DNA of 64,000 nt from Owenia fusiformis (Eukaryota). How positions within the stretch are numbered: the stretch's first letter is position 1; every line of letters starts with the position of its first letter. Positions 49,501-60,250 of the stretch are shown here, piece by piece. A model generated the notes under the pieces. The model worked only from the letters and a program-made list of their open reading frames with translations, was not told the origin of the DNA and did no database searches. A program made the position numbers and the translations under genes. The stretch covers positions 23,560,001 through 23,624,000 of the forward strand of contig CAIIXF020000001.1 of the NCBI GenBank assembly GCA_903813345.2, in the 5' to 3' direction.

Positions 49501-52500
49501 TTCCTGCTATGGAAATCGAGAACTTCTGAGCCTCTGAGCATGCTGGGTTTATTTTAACCCGGCCAGTTTGAATTTTCTGCCCTCATAAAGTTTTGTATCC
49601 GAACCTATTCTTGATATTCCATCAAGTGAGATGTTATTCACCCTATGTCTTGTTTTCAGTTCAAACAGGCTTCTAACTATATGTGTTTTCTATTTATAAA
49701 CATCAGTAGAATCGCATTTTGGATTTTATAAGTTATTTATTATTTCAAAATATTGATGATACCAAACAGTTACATGTCCTACCTAGCTATCATAAAAATG
49801 ACACAATATTAAATATAATAGAAGAGATAGAATACATAGGTAACCTGAGATTTCTTTTTTGCATGCTTTTATGGTATGTTAAGTTACTGTATATTTGTAT
49901 TTCTGTATGTCCATTTTTGATAAAAAAGCGTGTAGTAATGATATCACTAAATTGAATGAAATACAGATATTTATAGTAAACTTGGTTGTGACAAATATTT
50001 TATTAATCGAGTCAACAAGCTAATGAAGATGTTTTTAATTCAAACAGTTGTTTCAATTTCAGTCATTCTTATAGAATATAGATCACTCCTGGATAACTCC
50101 TTTTTCTTTTTCCTACACAAAATGCGGATGAGATTCCGTCTAAACCCCGCTCTTGCCACACAATATGTGAAGAAATTAATTGCTGAATTCAGAACTCTCA
50201 TTAGATTTTTGAATTCCAGAAGTCTTGTTTTATCATCACTAGGAATGATTTTTTTGTCGATAAGGCTGATCATCTTAGTGAAAGAGTATATAAAGGAGGG
50301 TAGCATACAGATAAGAAAAACAATTGCTAAACTTATTAGAGTTACGCTTAAGTTTCTTTCTGCCCTGTTGGATGGCTGATCTCGATTGGATATCGTAGCT
50401 CTTCTCTTTGCAGCTTTGCTTATTGTCACAACCAGGATAAGGTTCAGGACGAGCACAAGTACGATTGGAGTAACTGTTGCTAGAACACTATAAGTCATAA
50501 CTCTGAACCCTATCATATAACCTTTCGTTTTATATAGGGGCGTGGCCTCCATTTCATAGAAATCTTCCAATGTACATGGATGTGGGAAAGGGGAATTTCT
50601 GGTGATCTGGTACTCTAAAAACCGTGGAATATGAATACAAAGTACAGCAAAAATTATGGTAACCAGGGTACCTTTAACTCTTTTTAGTGTACTGAATCTG
50701 GGAGCATGTAAAGGATGACAGATAGCAATGTAGCGATCAACCGAGATTGCTACCAATATCCAACTGCTCAATGAAGTAAAATACAAAATGGTGTATTGAG
50801 TATAGGGAGCAATGATCATCATGTCATGAGTGGCATCTAGTGATGTGTCCAGTACATGGCTATGTGGGTATAATACAATATGTATTTCAAAGGCAATGTA
50901 AGAGGCACATGCAAGCCAGTCGACAATGGCCAAAGCTTTGAAGTAAAACATACTTGTTCCTTTAGCTTTATCCTTATACAGAACAATGAATGACAGTGTG
51001 TTACCAATTAGTCCAGTGACAGCTATGGCTGTTACTACATCATACATGGTGTACATTATGAACCTGTTCACTTCAATTAGTTCTCCATCTGAAGAATGGT
51101 ATGGGAATCTACAGAAGTCAGGCATTTCCCATGTTACATTTGAGTTCTTTGTGCTTATATTTGTGTCTGTTGAACTCATAGTGTGGCTATGTGTCACCTC
51201 GTTTGAATTTGTTATTGCAGTAAAATTGGCATTTTTCATGCTCGTATTCAAATTAGGAGTTTCTGTATTCTCATAGATACTGGCAGGTGTAGTGTAATTT
51301 ACTGTTGTCTTCATGTTTGTTGTGGTCATTTGTAGATTGCTAGCCATGTTGTTCTTGATCATATTCAAGTCTATTTCGAATGTTTCCCTTTGTTATTTTT
51401 ATTGTCACGTGTAATGTTGTTATTATCTTGTTACTTGTAAATACTACCTTTGTCGATGCCTATCTTGGGTGTTGGACGTTATGACGAGGGGCCCCCTTGA
51501 TGCTCTCGCTGGGTCCGACAGTTGTCGATTATTTCAGTCTCTTATTTGGTTCCTTGTTCATTTGTACAATGTTATGTTCTTATTTCTTATTTTACTTCTT
51601 CACTTAATGTTTTCATTGTGTATGCTTTACTTGAACTCTTTGTTAACCTGTTCCTTTCCAAATTGCACTTTTAGTTTTTAGTTTAGTTTAGTATATATAC
51701 TCTATTGCCATCTTTTGATCAACTTTTAGTTCCATATACATTTCACACAGAGATACACTTTCCAAATTGATTCATTTAAAAGTTATGATCAGTCTCTGAA
51801 ATGAGATGATACATGTGATTGTCGAGATACCATTATTGCATTGTTGAATCTGGATATTGTCCGTATTGTTGAATGTAGTGGTTCAATTTTCTGGTTTATA
51901 TCACCCAATATGCACTGCCTCAGTGTTCTATCATGTTATTCTATTGGAAGTTGTCCATTTGGTCGTGTTTCATCAAGGGAGATAAGCTTCCCACCCAATT
52001 CCTCCTTCCAAACAGTAAGTATCCCTCCTCTTGTATGGGTGAGTCTTAGGATCTTACTTCTTGTAAACTCAGTGTGTTCTTTTTGGTTTTAACCAGTATC
52101 CACAATTTGCAAGGCCCTATCAAGGCTCTCCAGCCCTCTCAAGGCTCTCCAACCACGATGCTAGTCTAATTTTAACAATGTCCGTATCAATCCATGTTCA
52201 ACAAATCGTGCTGCTCTTCAGTACTGTCCTCAGTTCTTACTAATAATTGGCAATTGATCCAGTGATGCTGATTGATTAATTATCCCATCGAACTAAGTTC
52301 AGAGGGATAAAGGGAACGCCTCCGTCCGTCCGTACGTATGTCCATTCGTCCGTCCGTCCGGGCAATAACTCAAATACCGTTGGCCGGATTTTGTTCATAT
52401 TTTGTACACATATACCCAATGGAAGTAGAAGTTCTGCTCAAAAACAGATTTTCAAAATGGCCACTCATTTAAAAATGGCGGCTATTTTAGTGCCGATTTT

Positions 52501-55500
52501 ACAGTAATTTAGGTTCTGCATATAAAACTGTAATAGCAATATGTTTTAAATGTAAAAAAGTTATATAGGACGTTGATTAAGACATTGATTAACTTGAAAA
52601 TTAGTGGAGCGATTTTGTTCATATTTGATATGTGAATACTTATGAACCTTGCACACTGTCTCATGACACTTCGTGTAGTAGGTTGCCATTTTAAAAATGG
52701 CTATCATTTTTACATTTTTTTCTATAACTCGAAAAGTATTAGAGCGATTTTGTTCATATTTGATATGTGAATACTTTAAGCATGGCACATTGTCTAATAA
52801 AACTTTGGGGAGTAGTCGGCCATTTTGAAAAATGGCACCATTTTTATGTGTGTTATTTTACATTTTTTACTATAACTCAAAAAGTAGTAGAGCGATTTTT
52901 TTCATATTTGATATGTGAATACTCGTAAGGATCGCATACTGTCTTATGACATTTTGGGTAGAAGGCGGCCATTTTAAAAAAGGGCCAGCATTTATATGCA
53001 TTTATATGTATATTATTATACTGTTTACTCTTTTTATACTTAACTCCCATTTAGGATTTTGTAATATAATGCTCTTTGTATCTCCACATTTCATGCATGA
53101 TGATGATGATGCATTAATTGATAATATATGACACATTTGATTGGGTTAATTACTCTATACCATTACCATTTATTTTGTTTTATTATGCTTTAATTAAAGT
53201 ATAATGATGCTTTATTCTGATTATAGCCATTGTATGGTAAACAATTTGGAAGTAGATTTAGTATTGTTTACATTGTATCCTTCACTCTCACGGGTAGTAT
53301 CTAAAGCCCCGTTATGATTGAAAAGTCGCGAGCAAGTTCCCGCTGAAATCGCGAGCATAGTCCTGTTTATTTGTATCACTTTGGAAAATGAACCAAAAGG
53401 ATGAAAATACTTATTACCGTTCTTTGATACTCCAGCAAAACTTTGAAAACAGATATATTTGACAAAAAATGACATGAAAAATGATTATTTTTTACTTGCA
53501 TGAAGGAAAGGGGCGTCAACATGCACGTTTGCATAATTTACTGCTCATATATTACCTTTATCGTTAAAATAAAGGCAATAAATACGATTTACATACTCCA
53601 TAATAAATATCGGATCAAGATGGTCTGTATTGATAAGTTACTGGACAATGACACCTGCCATGGGGGTCGAAATACATGATTAAAGGTGTTCCAGTGGCCC
53701 CGCTGAAAAAATGAGGAGGCCCCGCTGAAAACATGAGGAGACCCCGCTGAAAACACGAGCAAATTTCACGACTACCCGCTTCGATCACGAGGAAAGCTTC
53801 ATCATTATTCCATGAATATAGTGAGCTTCTTTATATGAATGTACACGAATGTGCAAATAACATATTAATGACAGTCACATAATATATCATTCTATGGCAA
53901 CATCACAAATATTTCTTCTTCAACTTCAGGCAGTCTAATCCATCTGTCAGCGGCATGATCAAATTTTTATATTTAAATAGACTTTGTGCATTTCGGAGTT
54001 AAATGTACATTCTAGATAATTAACTATTCCAAGGATTATACTTCTGAGGACACATATATTTCATTGGTCTCTTTGTCCGACCGTTCATTCGTGCGTGCAT
54101 TCGACTGACCGTTCGTTCGTGCGTGCGTTCGTCCGACGGTCCGTTCGTTCATGCGTGCTTTCATCCGACCATTCGTTCGTTCGTGCGTGCATCCGTTCGT
54201 GCGATTGTCCGTCCGTTTGTGTGCGCATGCGTTCGTCTGACCGTCCGTTTGTGCTTGCTTTCGTCTGACTGCCCTTTCGTTCGTGGGTTCGTCCGTCTAA
54301 CCGTCCGTTCGTCCGTGCGTGCTTTCGTTCAACCGTCCATTCATGCGTGCGTTCGTCTGTTCGTTCTTTTTGCGTTCGTTTGTGTGTTCGTTCGTGCGTG
54401 CGTTCATTCGTGCGTTCGTTTGTAACTACGTTCTTGCGTGCGTGGGTTCGATCTTTTGTAAATTGTTTTCTTCTATCTATCCTTCAAGGAAGGAAGCAAG
54501 GAAGGAAGCAAGGAAGGGAACGAGGAAGAAAGGAAGCCAGGAAGCAAAGAAGGAAGGAAACGATGAATCAAGGAAGGAAGGAAGCAAGCAAAAACACAAG
54601 AAAGGAAGGAAGGAAAAAAGCAAGGAAGGAAGTAAGTAAGGAAGAAGGCGAGAAAGCAAGGAAGCAAGGAGGGAAGGAAGCAAGGAAGGAATGAAGCGAC
54701 AAAAGAACAACGCGAGGAAAGAATGAAGGAAACGAGGAAGCAAGGAAGGAGGAAAGAAGGAAGTGAGGAAGCAAGGAAGGGAGGATGCAAGTGAGGAAGG
54801 AAGGAATCGAGGAAGCAAGGAAAGAAGAAAGCGAGGAAGCAAGGAAGGAGTAGAGAAGGAAGCGAGGGAGGAAGCGATGAAGCAAGGAAGGAATGAAGCA
54901 AAAAAGGAAGGACGCGAGGAAAAAAGGAAGGGAGGAAGGAAGGAAGCGAGGAGGGAAGCAAGGAAGGGAGCAAGAAAGAAAGGAGGGAAGTGAGGAAGGA
55001 AGGAAGGGAGGAAGCGAATGAATGAAGTGAGGAAGCAAGGAAGGAATGAAGCAAGGAAGCAAAGAAGGAAGAAAGCGAGGAAGGAAGGAAGCAAGGATGG
55101 AAGGAAGCGACGAAGGAAGGATGTGAGGAAGCGAGGAAGGAAGCAAGGAAGGAAGGAAGCACAGAAGCAAGGAAGGGAGGAAGCGAGCAAGCAAGTAAGC
55201 AACAGGAGATTGATTTCGGAATAATATTCATAAACATTGTTCTGACTAAATCATTTTATGTTGACCTAAACGCACGCTTATTCGTGTATCTTACTGAATA
55301 TCGACTTGTACTCAAAGATGGAACAGAGGGGACAGTTGCAATACAGAGAATACAGAATATTTCCTATGGACTATGTAGTAAGATCACACGATAAAAAACG
55401 TTATACAACGATTTGAAGCGCAACATATGATATATTGTGCTCTCGATATGCTGTATTTCCAAATGATTTCATCTCGTGCCAATACAGAATTTTTTGAGCA

Positions 55501-58500
55501 CAATGTATCCTACATTGCACTTCAAATCATTCAATAACTTATATTACTTCAAATTATGAAAATGAGGTTAAATGTTTAACATTTCGTCCGATCTAATACT
55601 CACATTTCTCAGATGATCTTTCTTATTCTGTAAAATGGCATGGAAATACTGCAGTTTTCCATAACAACGTATCATAATATGAACTATATTAACAGTTGTA
55701 TTTGCTGTTATTGAGAATTGTATTGACAAATAATGTATTCATCAAACTGGTTACAATAGTGGATCAAGGTGGGTACGAAAGTGGGAGATTTTCAGGGTAT
55801 AATCGGGATTCACTCCATTTTTGAGAGACACTTGCTCCTGTTTTCAGCGGGACCTCCTCATGTTTTCAGCGGGGCCTCCTCCTGATTTCAGCGGGATCTT
55901 TGCTTTATTGCTCCTGCTAGAAGCGGGGCCTTGAGGGATATGATAAAATTTAAATATAAAATGTTCTGTAAAGCTTTAGGAAGCGAAACTCGGTACATCT
56001 TTATTTCATATCACTATCGTTATTTCAACCACAGGACAACATCGTTCTTCACCAATAACGTATAGAAATATAAAGATAAAGATTCAAAATGATACTTTCT
56101 CTCTTCAATTGACAAATAACGAACCACAGAACGACCGTTCGTGATACATTTTTTCCAGCAGTTGCTTTTTTAGTCTCAATACCATGTAATCATTGGGAAA
56201 AATTAAAAGAAAACGTTTTGTACCAGTAAATCATACAATTCAAGAACACAAAAAACCCATGACTTCTTTTTATTCCTCGCGATTTCAGCGGGAACTTGCT
56301 CGCGATTTTTAAATCATAGCGGGGCTTTAGATACTACCCGTGACTCTGCAAAGTCACACCAAACAACTGCCACCAATGTTTTTAACTTTGGCAGTCTATT
56401 TGTTGTATATTTGAATGTGCATTTAACAGGAATAAAGAAGAAGAAAAAACTAAAAAATAATTGATGTTTCCAAAAAGTACAGTATACAGGGTGGGCCAAA
56501 AACATTTGTATTTTTGGGGATGACATTTTTCTTAATATTGTATGGATTTTATAAATATTTTTGATTTAATCACAATTAAAAACTCAGGGATGTATTAAAC
56601 AGAATGAAATTTGCCATTATAGATCTACAAAGATATAAACATCACCAATACCTATTATTACAAAAAATATAGAAAATGATTACACTGTATGGTCTAGTTA
56701 ATGATGCATTCCCAACAATTCACCAAGTTGACATATAAAATATTCATAGAGTTATAAAATGTAAAAGAAAATCACACCCTTATAAGGATATAAAACACAA
56801 TATCCCAGATGCGAGTAGATGTAATCTTGATTTACGTCATTAAACATTCACAATTCAGTCAAACTGATGTCATATTTGGAATCTACATGTAAATTACATT
56901 TAGAAATGTGGTTTTGAAAAGAGTTTATCAACTTTTAAAATTTTATTTTCTTTGAAAATGTGACTTCTAGGTAAAACCACAAAAAGTGAAATATCTTTTC
57001 TTGTGTTGGGCAGATAATATTTTATTTTACTGGACATATTTTAATTTGTATAACTATCAGATACATAAGGGTAATATGAAAAGTGAACCACCAAAAACTG
57101 ATGCATATTCAGGTTTAAGGGAATTTTGTAATACCCTGCCATGTTAATTCCCCCGAATCAGCCACCTGGTGGCGAAACTGGCAACTACCTCGCATCTGAG
57201 TAATTAAGTAGAGGAAACAACCACATTCTATTCATATGGACCTGTAACTTGTGGACAATGAGGACAGTTTTTCACAGGAACGTTCATGTAGCTTAGTGGT
57301 AGATTGTTTACTTATATCATAGTACATTATACTTCAGGTGTTTGACTGAGTGCTTCACAATTTGACAAAGGCTGTTATGTACTGTGTTGTATAAGAATGT
57401 ACAGGGTGGTCCAAAAAAAAGTGAACCCTTGCAACAAGCTATCACTAAGTTATTACTTGCATTATTTGGCTGATATTCTCACATATTTTAGATGAAGGTC
57501 TAAAATATTTGTGGGAACCATGTGATAGGAATGTCAATAGGAAGAAAAAATGGGACCAAAAAAAGTGTTCATTCAAATGAGAAGGTGTTCTGATTAGCCA
57601 GGTGTTCATATATACAGGTTCTACTGTATATTCCAAAACCATCAATTCTTGAATTTTATTTAGTGTAAACATTTGAAATATTTTCCAACAAAAAACTGAC
57701 AGCTATTTCAAAAATACATTGATCTGTATAAATTATTACAGTAAGTATAATCGTTTACATTGAAAGCAAAGATATGTATTTTCGTGTATAAGTGGTATTC
57801 TAATGCTGAAATGCAAAACTGCCATATTTCTGCCATCGTTCCTTTTGTTGATCAGTCTCATATTTCTGGTTGATCCCACCTATATATTTAGACAGAAGAC
57901 TTTTTGAAACCTTTGAATCACTCTCAATTTACACTTCTGTTTATCTGGTATGTTAAATTAAATTTAATCAAAACATTGATTGTTTTCTGTCGATTGTAAT
58001 TGGGATTAATAGACTTCTTGTCCTTGGATCTACTACAAGTCTAATTGTCAGCAGGTCTGGCACCATTGTTACCCCACACTCCCTTGCACAGCAATGTTCC
58101 CTGCATATAAGGTGCTTCTGGGACACAGCTTGCTTGGAGAATAACTTGGTTTTAATTGTGTGATTTACGTGACAATATCATCTTCTCAAGGAAACAATCA
58201 ATCGGACCAAATGGATATTACTACACAAAGTTGAATCAATGCAATGATTTTTTACTATTTCAATATCATTTTGTTTATTATATTGATTGCATAAGTTTTT
58301 CAAAATAAGTCAATAATAGTTATCCTTCATGCGTGCCCTTTTGGTTTGAATAGATAAATTGTTTAAGATTTCTGTGTGATCATTCTTATATATAATTAGG
58401 TGAATGGATTATGGTTGCTTCTGTCTTTGACATTGATCTACATTATCAGCTACCTCTTAATATAAGTGCTTAGGTTTGAAATAAACTGTATTTGATGGGG

Positions 58501-60250
58501 TATTTCTATTAATTCTTAATTTATTTAAACAATTGCAATAGTTCGTATTACTATTTTATATTATTCAGACTCTCATATTTCGTTATGAAAGTTTGAATCA
58601 TGTAAGATCTACAATATTTACCAAATCATTTACAATTTTCATATTAAAACAGAGAATTTTGAATTAAGTTTTTCATTATTCATTATAAGCAGAAATCCCC
58701 CATGTATCGTACAGTTTTGGGTGCAGGTCCTTCATATAGATGTATATACATATATGTATATGATTAAATAATAAGGTAATTTTGTTTTGTTCTTCTTTTC
58801 ATAAAATTTGAAAATTCTACCATAAACAATTGGTAAGTAGTAGAATATGAAGTGAAGGTGTTTTAAGAGTTAAAGATGTTTGATATTTTCAATTGTTCAA
58901 CTAGTTTCAATACATAGGTATGAATTGGTGTGTTCTATATTGCAGTAAGGACTGGAATTGTTAATATCATTGTTCTATTAACACAAAGTGCATGTACATA
59001 TGCATGATGATCATCTCTTTGGACATCGTTAATTGCTGGTTCTGCATATGTTTTGTCAGCTTAACTTTAGTTTACAGTATTACTATGTTATTATTTTACA
59101 TAAGTTTCTAACAAAAATATGGTACATTTTAAAGTTGGTTGATATTATACTATTGTTTATCCCACCCTAAGTTCTTTAAACACTATGTATAGCAGTAATG
59201 TTTCTAAATGCCGGTATCAAACTCTCAAATGGTCCTTTTCCCTGAATTTATCATTCATTATTTTTTCTCGCAAGATTTTTTCAAGATTTTCTTCTCAAAT
59301 AATTTTACCCCAAATTTATTTTGCCAAATATTATTTCAGATTATTTTCCCCAAAATGTTATTCTAAGTGAACTGATTTTACCAAATTTTCATTCTTGAGC
59401 ATTATATTTTTTTATTTGTTTTATCATTATGAAGAAAATATACTAGGTAATAGGTAAGGGTGGGATAAAAGGATAATATCGTGCAATGTTTATTTGTTCA
59501 GTTTCAACTCATGAATAAAGTATATCATTAGACATACCATGTCTAGCATGAATAGATTATTTAATTTTGATCTAAATAGATAACTGGACAACTCAACCCT
59601 TCAGCAGGTCATCTCTGGACAAATCAACCCTTAGACAACTCATCCCTGGACAAATCAACCCTTGGACAACTCATTCCTGGACAAATCAACCCTTAAACAA
59701 CTCATTCCCTGACAAATCAACCCTTAGACAACTCATCCCTGGACAAGTCAACCCTTAGACAACTCATCCCTGTACAAATCAACCCTTAAACAACTCATCC
59801 CCTGACAAATCAACCCTTAGACAACTCATCCCTGGACAAATCAACCCTTAGACAACTCATCCCTGGACAAGTCAACCCTTAGACAACTCATCCCTGTACA
59901 AATCAACCCTTAAACAACTCATCCCCTGACAAATCAACCCTTAGACAACTCATCCCTGGACAAATCAACCCTTAGACAACTAATCCCTGGACAAATCAAC
60001 CCTTAGAAAATCCATCAGCTCAATAGCCAATATATTACATCCTCTTTTATTTTTTACATATCCCAAGATGAAGAGCAATAAAAAGATCAAATGTTAATGA
60101 AACTTTGTACAATCATTCATTATATGACTTAAGTATTTAATGAACTTTCTCAATTTGCAGGCAATTGCTATGAATCACCAGGTGCATACCAATGATACCC
60201 TATGTAGCTGCGTCATCTTGGTTTATGTCGACTCTGCAGCCAATTTGCCA
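28589..60250 (+). CDS. ESYT2: Extended synaptotagmin (ESYT1/2/3 family; TM hairpin-SMP-C2A-C2B); multi-exon, 3' end outside the window
   Basis: Exons: 28589-28873 (...ARVDELPSW), 39106-39147 (VFYPDIERAEWVNN), 39631-39768, 40263-40339 (PPRIGGVKVY), 41847-42003, 42857-42912, 43193-43313 (VLPNRI...LRFPTPQ), 43709-43808 (GVLRMHI...GKSDPYA), 44422-44575 (DEDPGEDDRLG), 44783-44831, 45485-45574, 60161-60250 (LVYVDSAANLP). All GT-AG with consistent phases. The symbol is nominal because invertebrates usually have a single co-ortholog. Confidence 0.93.
29843..30051 (-). repeat. 3' LTR
   Basis: TGTTACAT...TGAAACA; matches 34803-35011 except 29992 T vs 34952 A. Confidence 0.95.
30610..34683 (-). CDS. 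Gag-Pol polyprotein (single ORF)
   Basis: Two CCHC-type knuckles (CRYCTTHHKLKKELC, CNNCKEKNHFAAKC), protease VDTGA, RT IADDILI, RNase H CDAS/YAQIEKE/TDHKPL, integrase HSSH...CSIC plus DLF/SDN/VES. PR-RT-RH-IN order indicates Gypsy. First ATG at 34683. Confidence 0.96.
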   Translation of the reverse strand: MAEAEQLQVETEPADRRYQKVSGLHPPNKLDIENLSENWKLWKQQWENYCILANVESQSEKYKIALFQHAIGADALKIYNGLPLANAEMMTLEDIIKAFTDFALGEVNETYERYKFNSRKQKEEESFDTYLYELKALQKTCGFCDCLRESLLRDRLVLGIKDSKEGTTRKRLLEERDLTLNRCIDICRSAESTQLHLDNIQGLSISTTVNKVRKMKWKKKPKANTDAIDGKCRYCTTHHKLKKELCPAWGRTCNNCKEKNHFAAKCPKQKRVRIVEDSSDEDNSSEDYVDALTSINMAKSRTKQDSVGAIMKVGKSLVTFQVDTGATPNLLPVKYVPENVSIKSTATTLKMWNSSTYKPRGKVSLTLKNPKTKTRYSVKFIVVENDQTPLLGSKTAQLMDLITVNDDKFLSAPVLKMTAEDLCTEYKDVFEGDFGTLPGRVTLRTDDTVTPNTVTRQTVPISVRRKLKEKLDKMTSQNVIKPVDKPTKWVSSIALPPKKNGDIRVCIDPRPLNKALKREHYQLPVLDDVSHKLSKGKKKLMSIFDCKNGFHHLVLDEDSSELTTFMTPFGRYKWLRLPFGLNVSSEIFQKRLNMALEGLEGVICIADDILIYGQGETDEDASIDHDKKLKMFLQRCREQNIVLNKLKMKLRQTEVKFMGHLLTADGLKADPEKIKAVIDMPRPTDVTGVQRINGFVQYLAKFLPGISDVLEPIRQLTKKDVSWYWGPSQETAFTKMKKMVTNTPILQYYDPTKELTIQCDASQTGLGACPLQNGQPIAYASRALTDTETRYAQIEKELLAVCWSVKKWHHMTYGRKVVVHTDHKPLESILKKPLDRAPKRLQQMMMRLQRYDIEVKYQPGKLMYLADTLSRAYLKSDSSSDKTERVNMASYLPITSKRLDDIRLKTENDETLQELKKVILNGWPNEKIHLHSLVHPYFNMRDELSVQDGLIFRGERVIIPEKLRPLMKEKIHSSHLGINGCQRRAREYIYWPSMQSEIKQFVSECSICREFETSQTNEKLMSHDIPDRPWQDVGTDLFEFENKEYLVTVDYFSSFFELDYIPDMKSSTVIRKLKANFSRHGIPDKVISDNAGQFISDEFRQFSHEWDFDHFTISPHNSKANGKVESAVKIAKKLLRKCKKSKSDIYLALLDYRNTPTQDMDSSPSQRLMNRRTKTLLPTSNSLLMSRGFNKIDREKLKNKQERQQKYFNRNTKDLKPLEEGQTVRMKPFKLGDKSWKKATIHRRLDERSYEVETDKGDLLRRNRVHLRYSSEKPTPPISNSNSSCPEPKPVQLSPTKISSPTPIKSKQATPKIYQESNRETPNFSNSPTVKTPVKSRPSRDKKPPNYLADYDTKFSK
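34803..35011 (-). repeat. 5' LTR
   Basis: Adjacent to the PBS; followed by TSD CTGGC at 35012-35016. Confidence 0.95.
36190..36390. mobile_element. Degenerate Helentron-associated (HINE/DINE-1-like) element
   Basis: TTATCCC...GGGATA hairpin, (GTCT)n, then GGGCAATAACTCAAA; same layout as 52280. Confidence 0.5.
37201..38395. repeat. Minisatellite, 23-bp unit, about 52 copies
   Basis: tatcatgaggtatagccagtgtg in tandem, highly homogeneous. Confidence 0.97.
40015..40107. repeat. 19-bp tandem repeat, about 4.5 copies
   Basis: atgagtatactactgagt(a/g) repeated. Confidence 0.85.
46433..46453 (+). CDS. Candidate 21-nt ESYT microexon (TLYRTQK)
   Basis: Long pyrimidine tract...tttag|ACATTATACAGGACACAAAAG|gtctgt; phase 0-0; upstream TGCATG and CACTAAC. 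Confidence 0.45.
48352..49403. mobile_element. Tc1/mariner-type non-autonomous element with ~200-bp TIRs
   Basis: TA|CAAGGGGCGATCCATATATTCTGATAAAAATGCTCTC... with its exact inverse at the right end followed by TA. Confidence 0.9.
50040..51362 (-). CDS. Class A GPCR, FMRFamide/sex-peptide-receptor-like (Srw-type); intronless CDS nested antisense in an ESYT intron
   Basis: Seven hydrophobic segments; GN in TM1, LAxxD in TM2, SVDRYIAIC, FLICMLP, NSAINFFTY; Thr/Asn-rich N-terminus with N-glycosylation sequons; AATAAA about 40 nt after the stop. First ATG at 51362 (the ORF track starts at TTG 51368). Confidence 0.92.
   Translation of the reverse strand: MIKNNMASNLQMTTTNMKTTVNYTTPASIYENTETPNLNTSMKNANFTAITNSNEVTHSHTMSSTDTNISTKNSNVTWEMPDFCRFPYHSSDGELIEVNRFIMYTMYDVVTAIAVTGLIGNTLSFIVLYKDKAKGTSMFYFKALAIVDWLACASYIAFEIHIVLYPHSHVLDTSLDATHDMMIIAPYTQYTILYFTSLSSWILVAISVDRYIAICHPLHAPRFSTLKRVKGTLVTIIFAVLCIHIPRFLEYQITRNSPFPHPCTLEDFYEMEATPLYKTKGYMIGFRVMTYSVLATVTPIVLVLVLNLILVVTISKAAKRRATISNRDQPSNRAERNLSVTLISLAIVFLICMLPSFIYSFTKMISLIDKKIIPSDDKTRLLEFKNLMRVLNSAINFFTYCVARAGFRRNLIRILCRKKKKELSRSDLYSIRMTEIETTV
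52280..52990. mobile_element. Helentron-associated (HINE/DINE-1-like) non-autonomous element with internal tandem repeats
   Basis: TATCCC...GGGATA hairpin, (GTCC)n microsatellite, then ~140-150-bp repeats containing GAGCGATTTTGTTCATATTTGATATGTGAATAC. Confidence 0.7.
54075..54450. repeat. Degenerate (CGTT/CGTC/CGTG)n microsatellite
   Basis: Visible tetranucleotide periodicity. Confidence 0.9.
54485..55200. repeat. Degenerate (GGAA/GCAA)n purine-rich microsatellite
   Basis: Visible periodicity; explains the spurious ORFs in several frames. Confidence 0.95.
59585..60007. repeat. 31-bp minisatellite built from 15/16-bp subunits, about 13 copies
   Basis: ggacaaatcaacccttagacaactcatccct. Confidence 0.92.

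Larger units (their letters stand above)
53289..56342. mobile_element. 3.05-kb non-autonomous element with CAC termini and 5-bp TSD (Transib/Chapaev-like)
   Basis: ~65-bp TIR CACGGGTAGTATCTAAAGCCCCG...; TSD ACTCT at 53284-53288 and 56343-56347; subterminal CCCGCTGAAAA-ATGAGGAG repeats inverted at both ends. Confidence 0.88.

Noticed and set aside
50023-51276. Plus-strand ORFs 50023-50379 and 50986-51276
   Set aside because: Antisense shadows of the GPCR
54123-55237. Long ORFs of 68-254 aa in several frames
   Set aside because: Translations of (GGAA)n and (CGTT)n microsatellites that happen to lack stop codons
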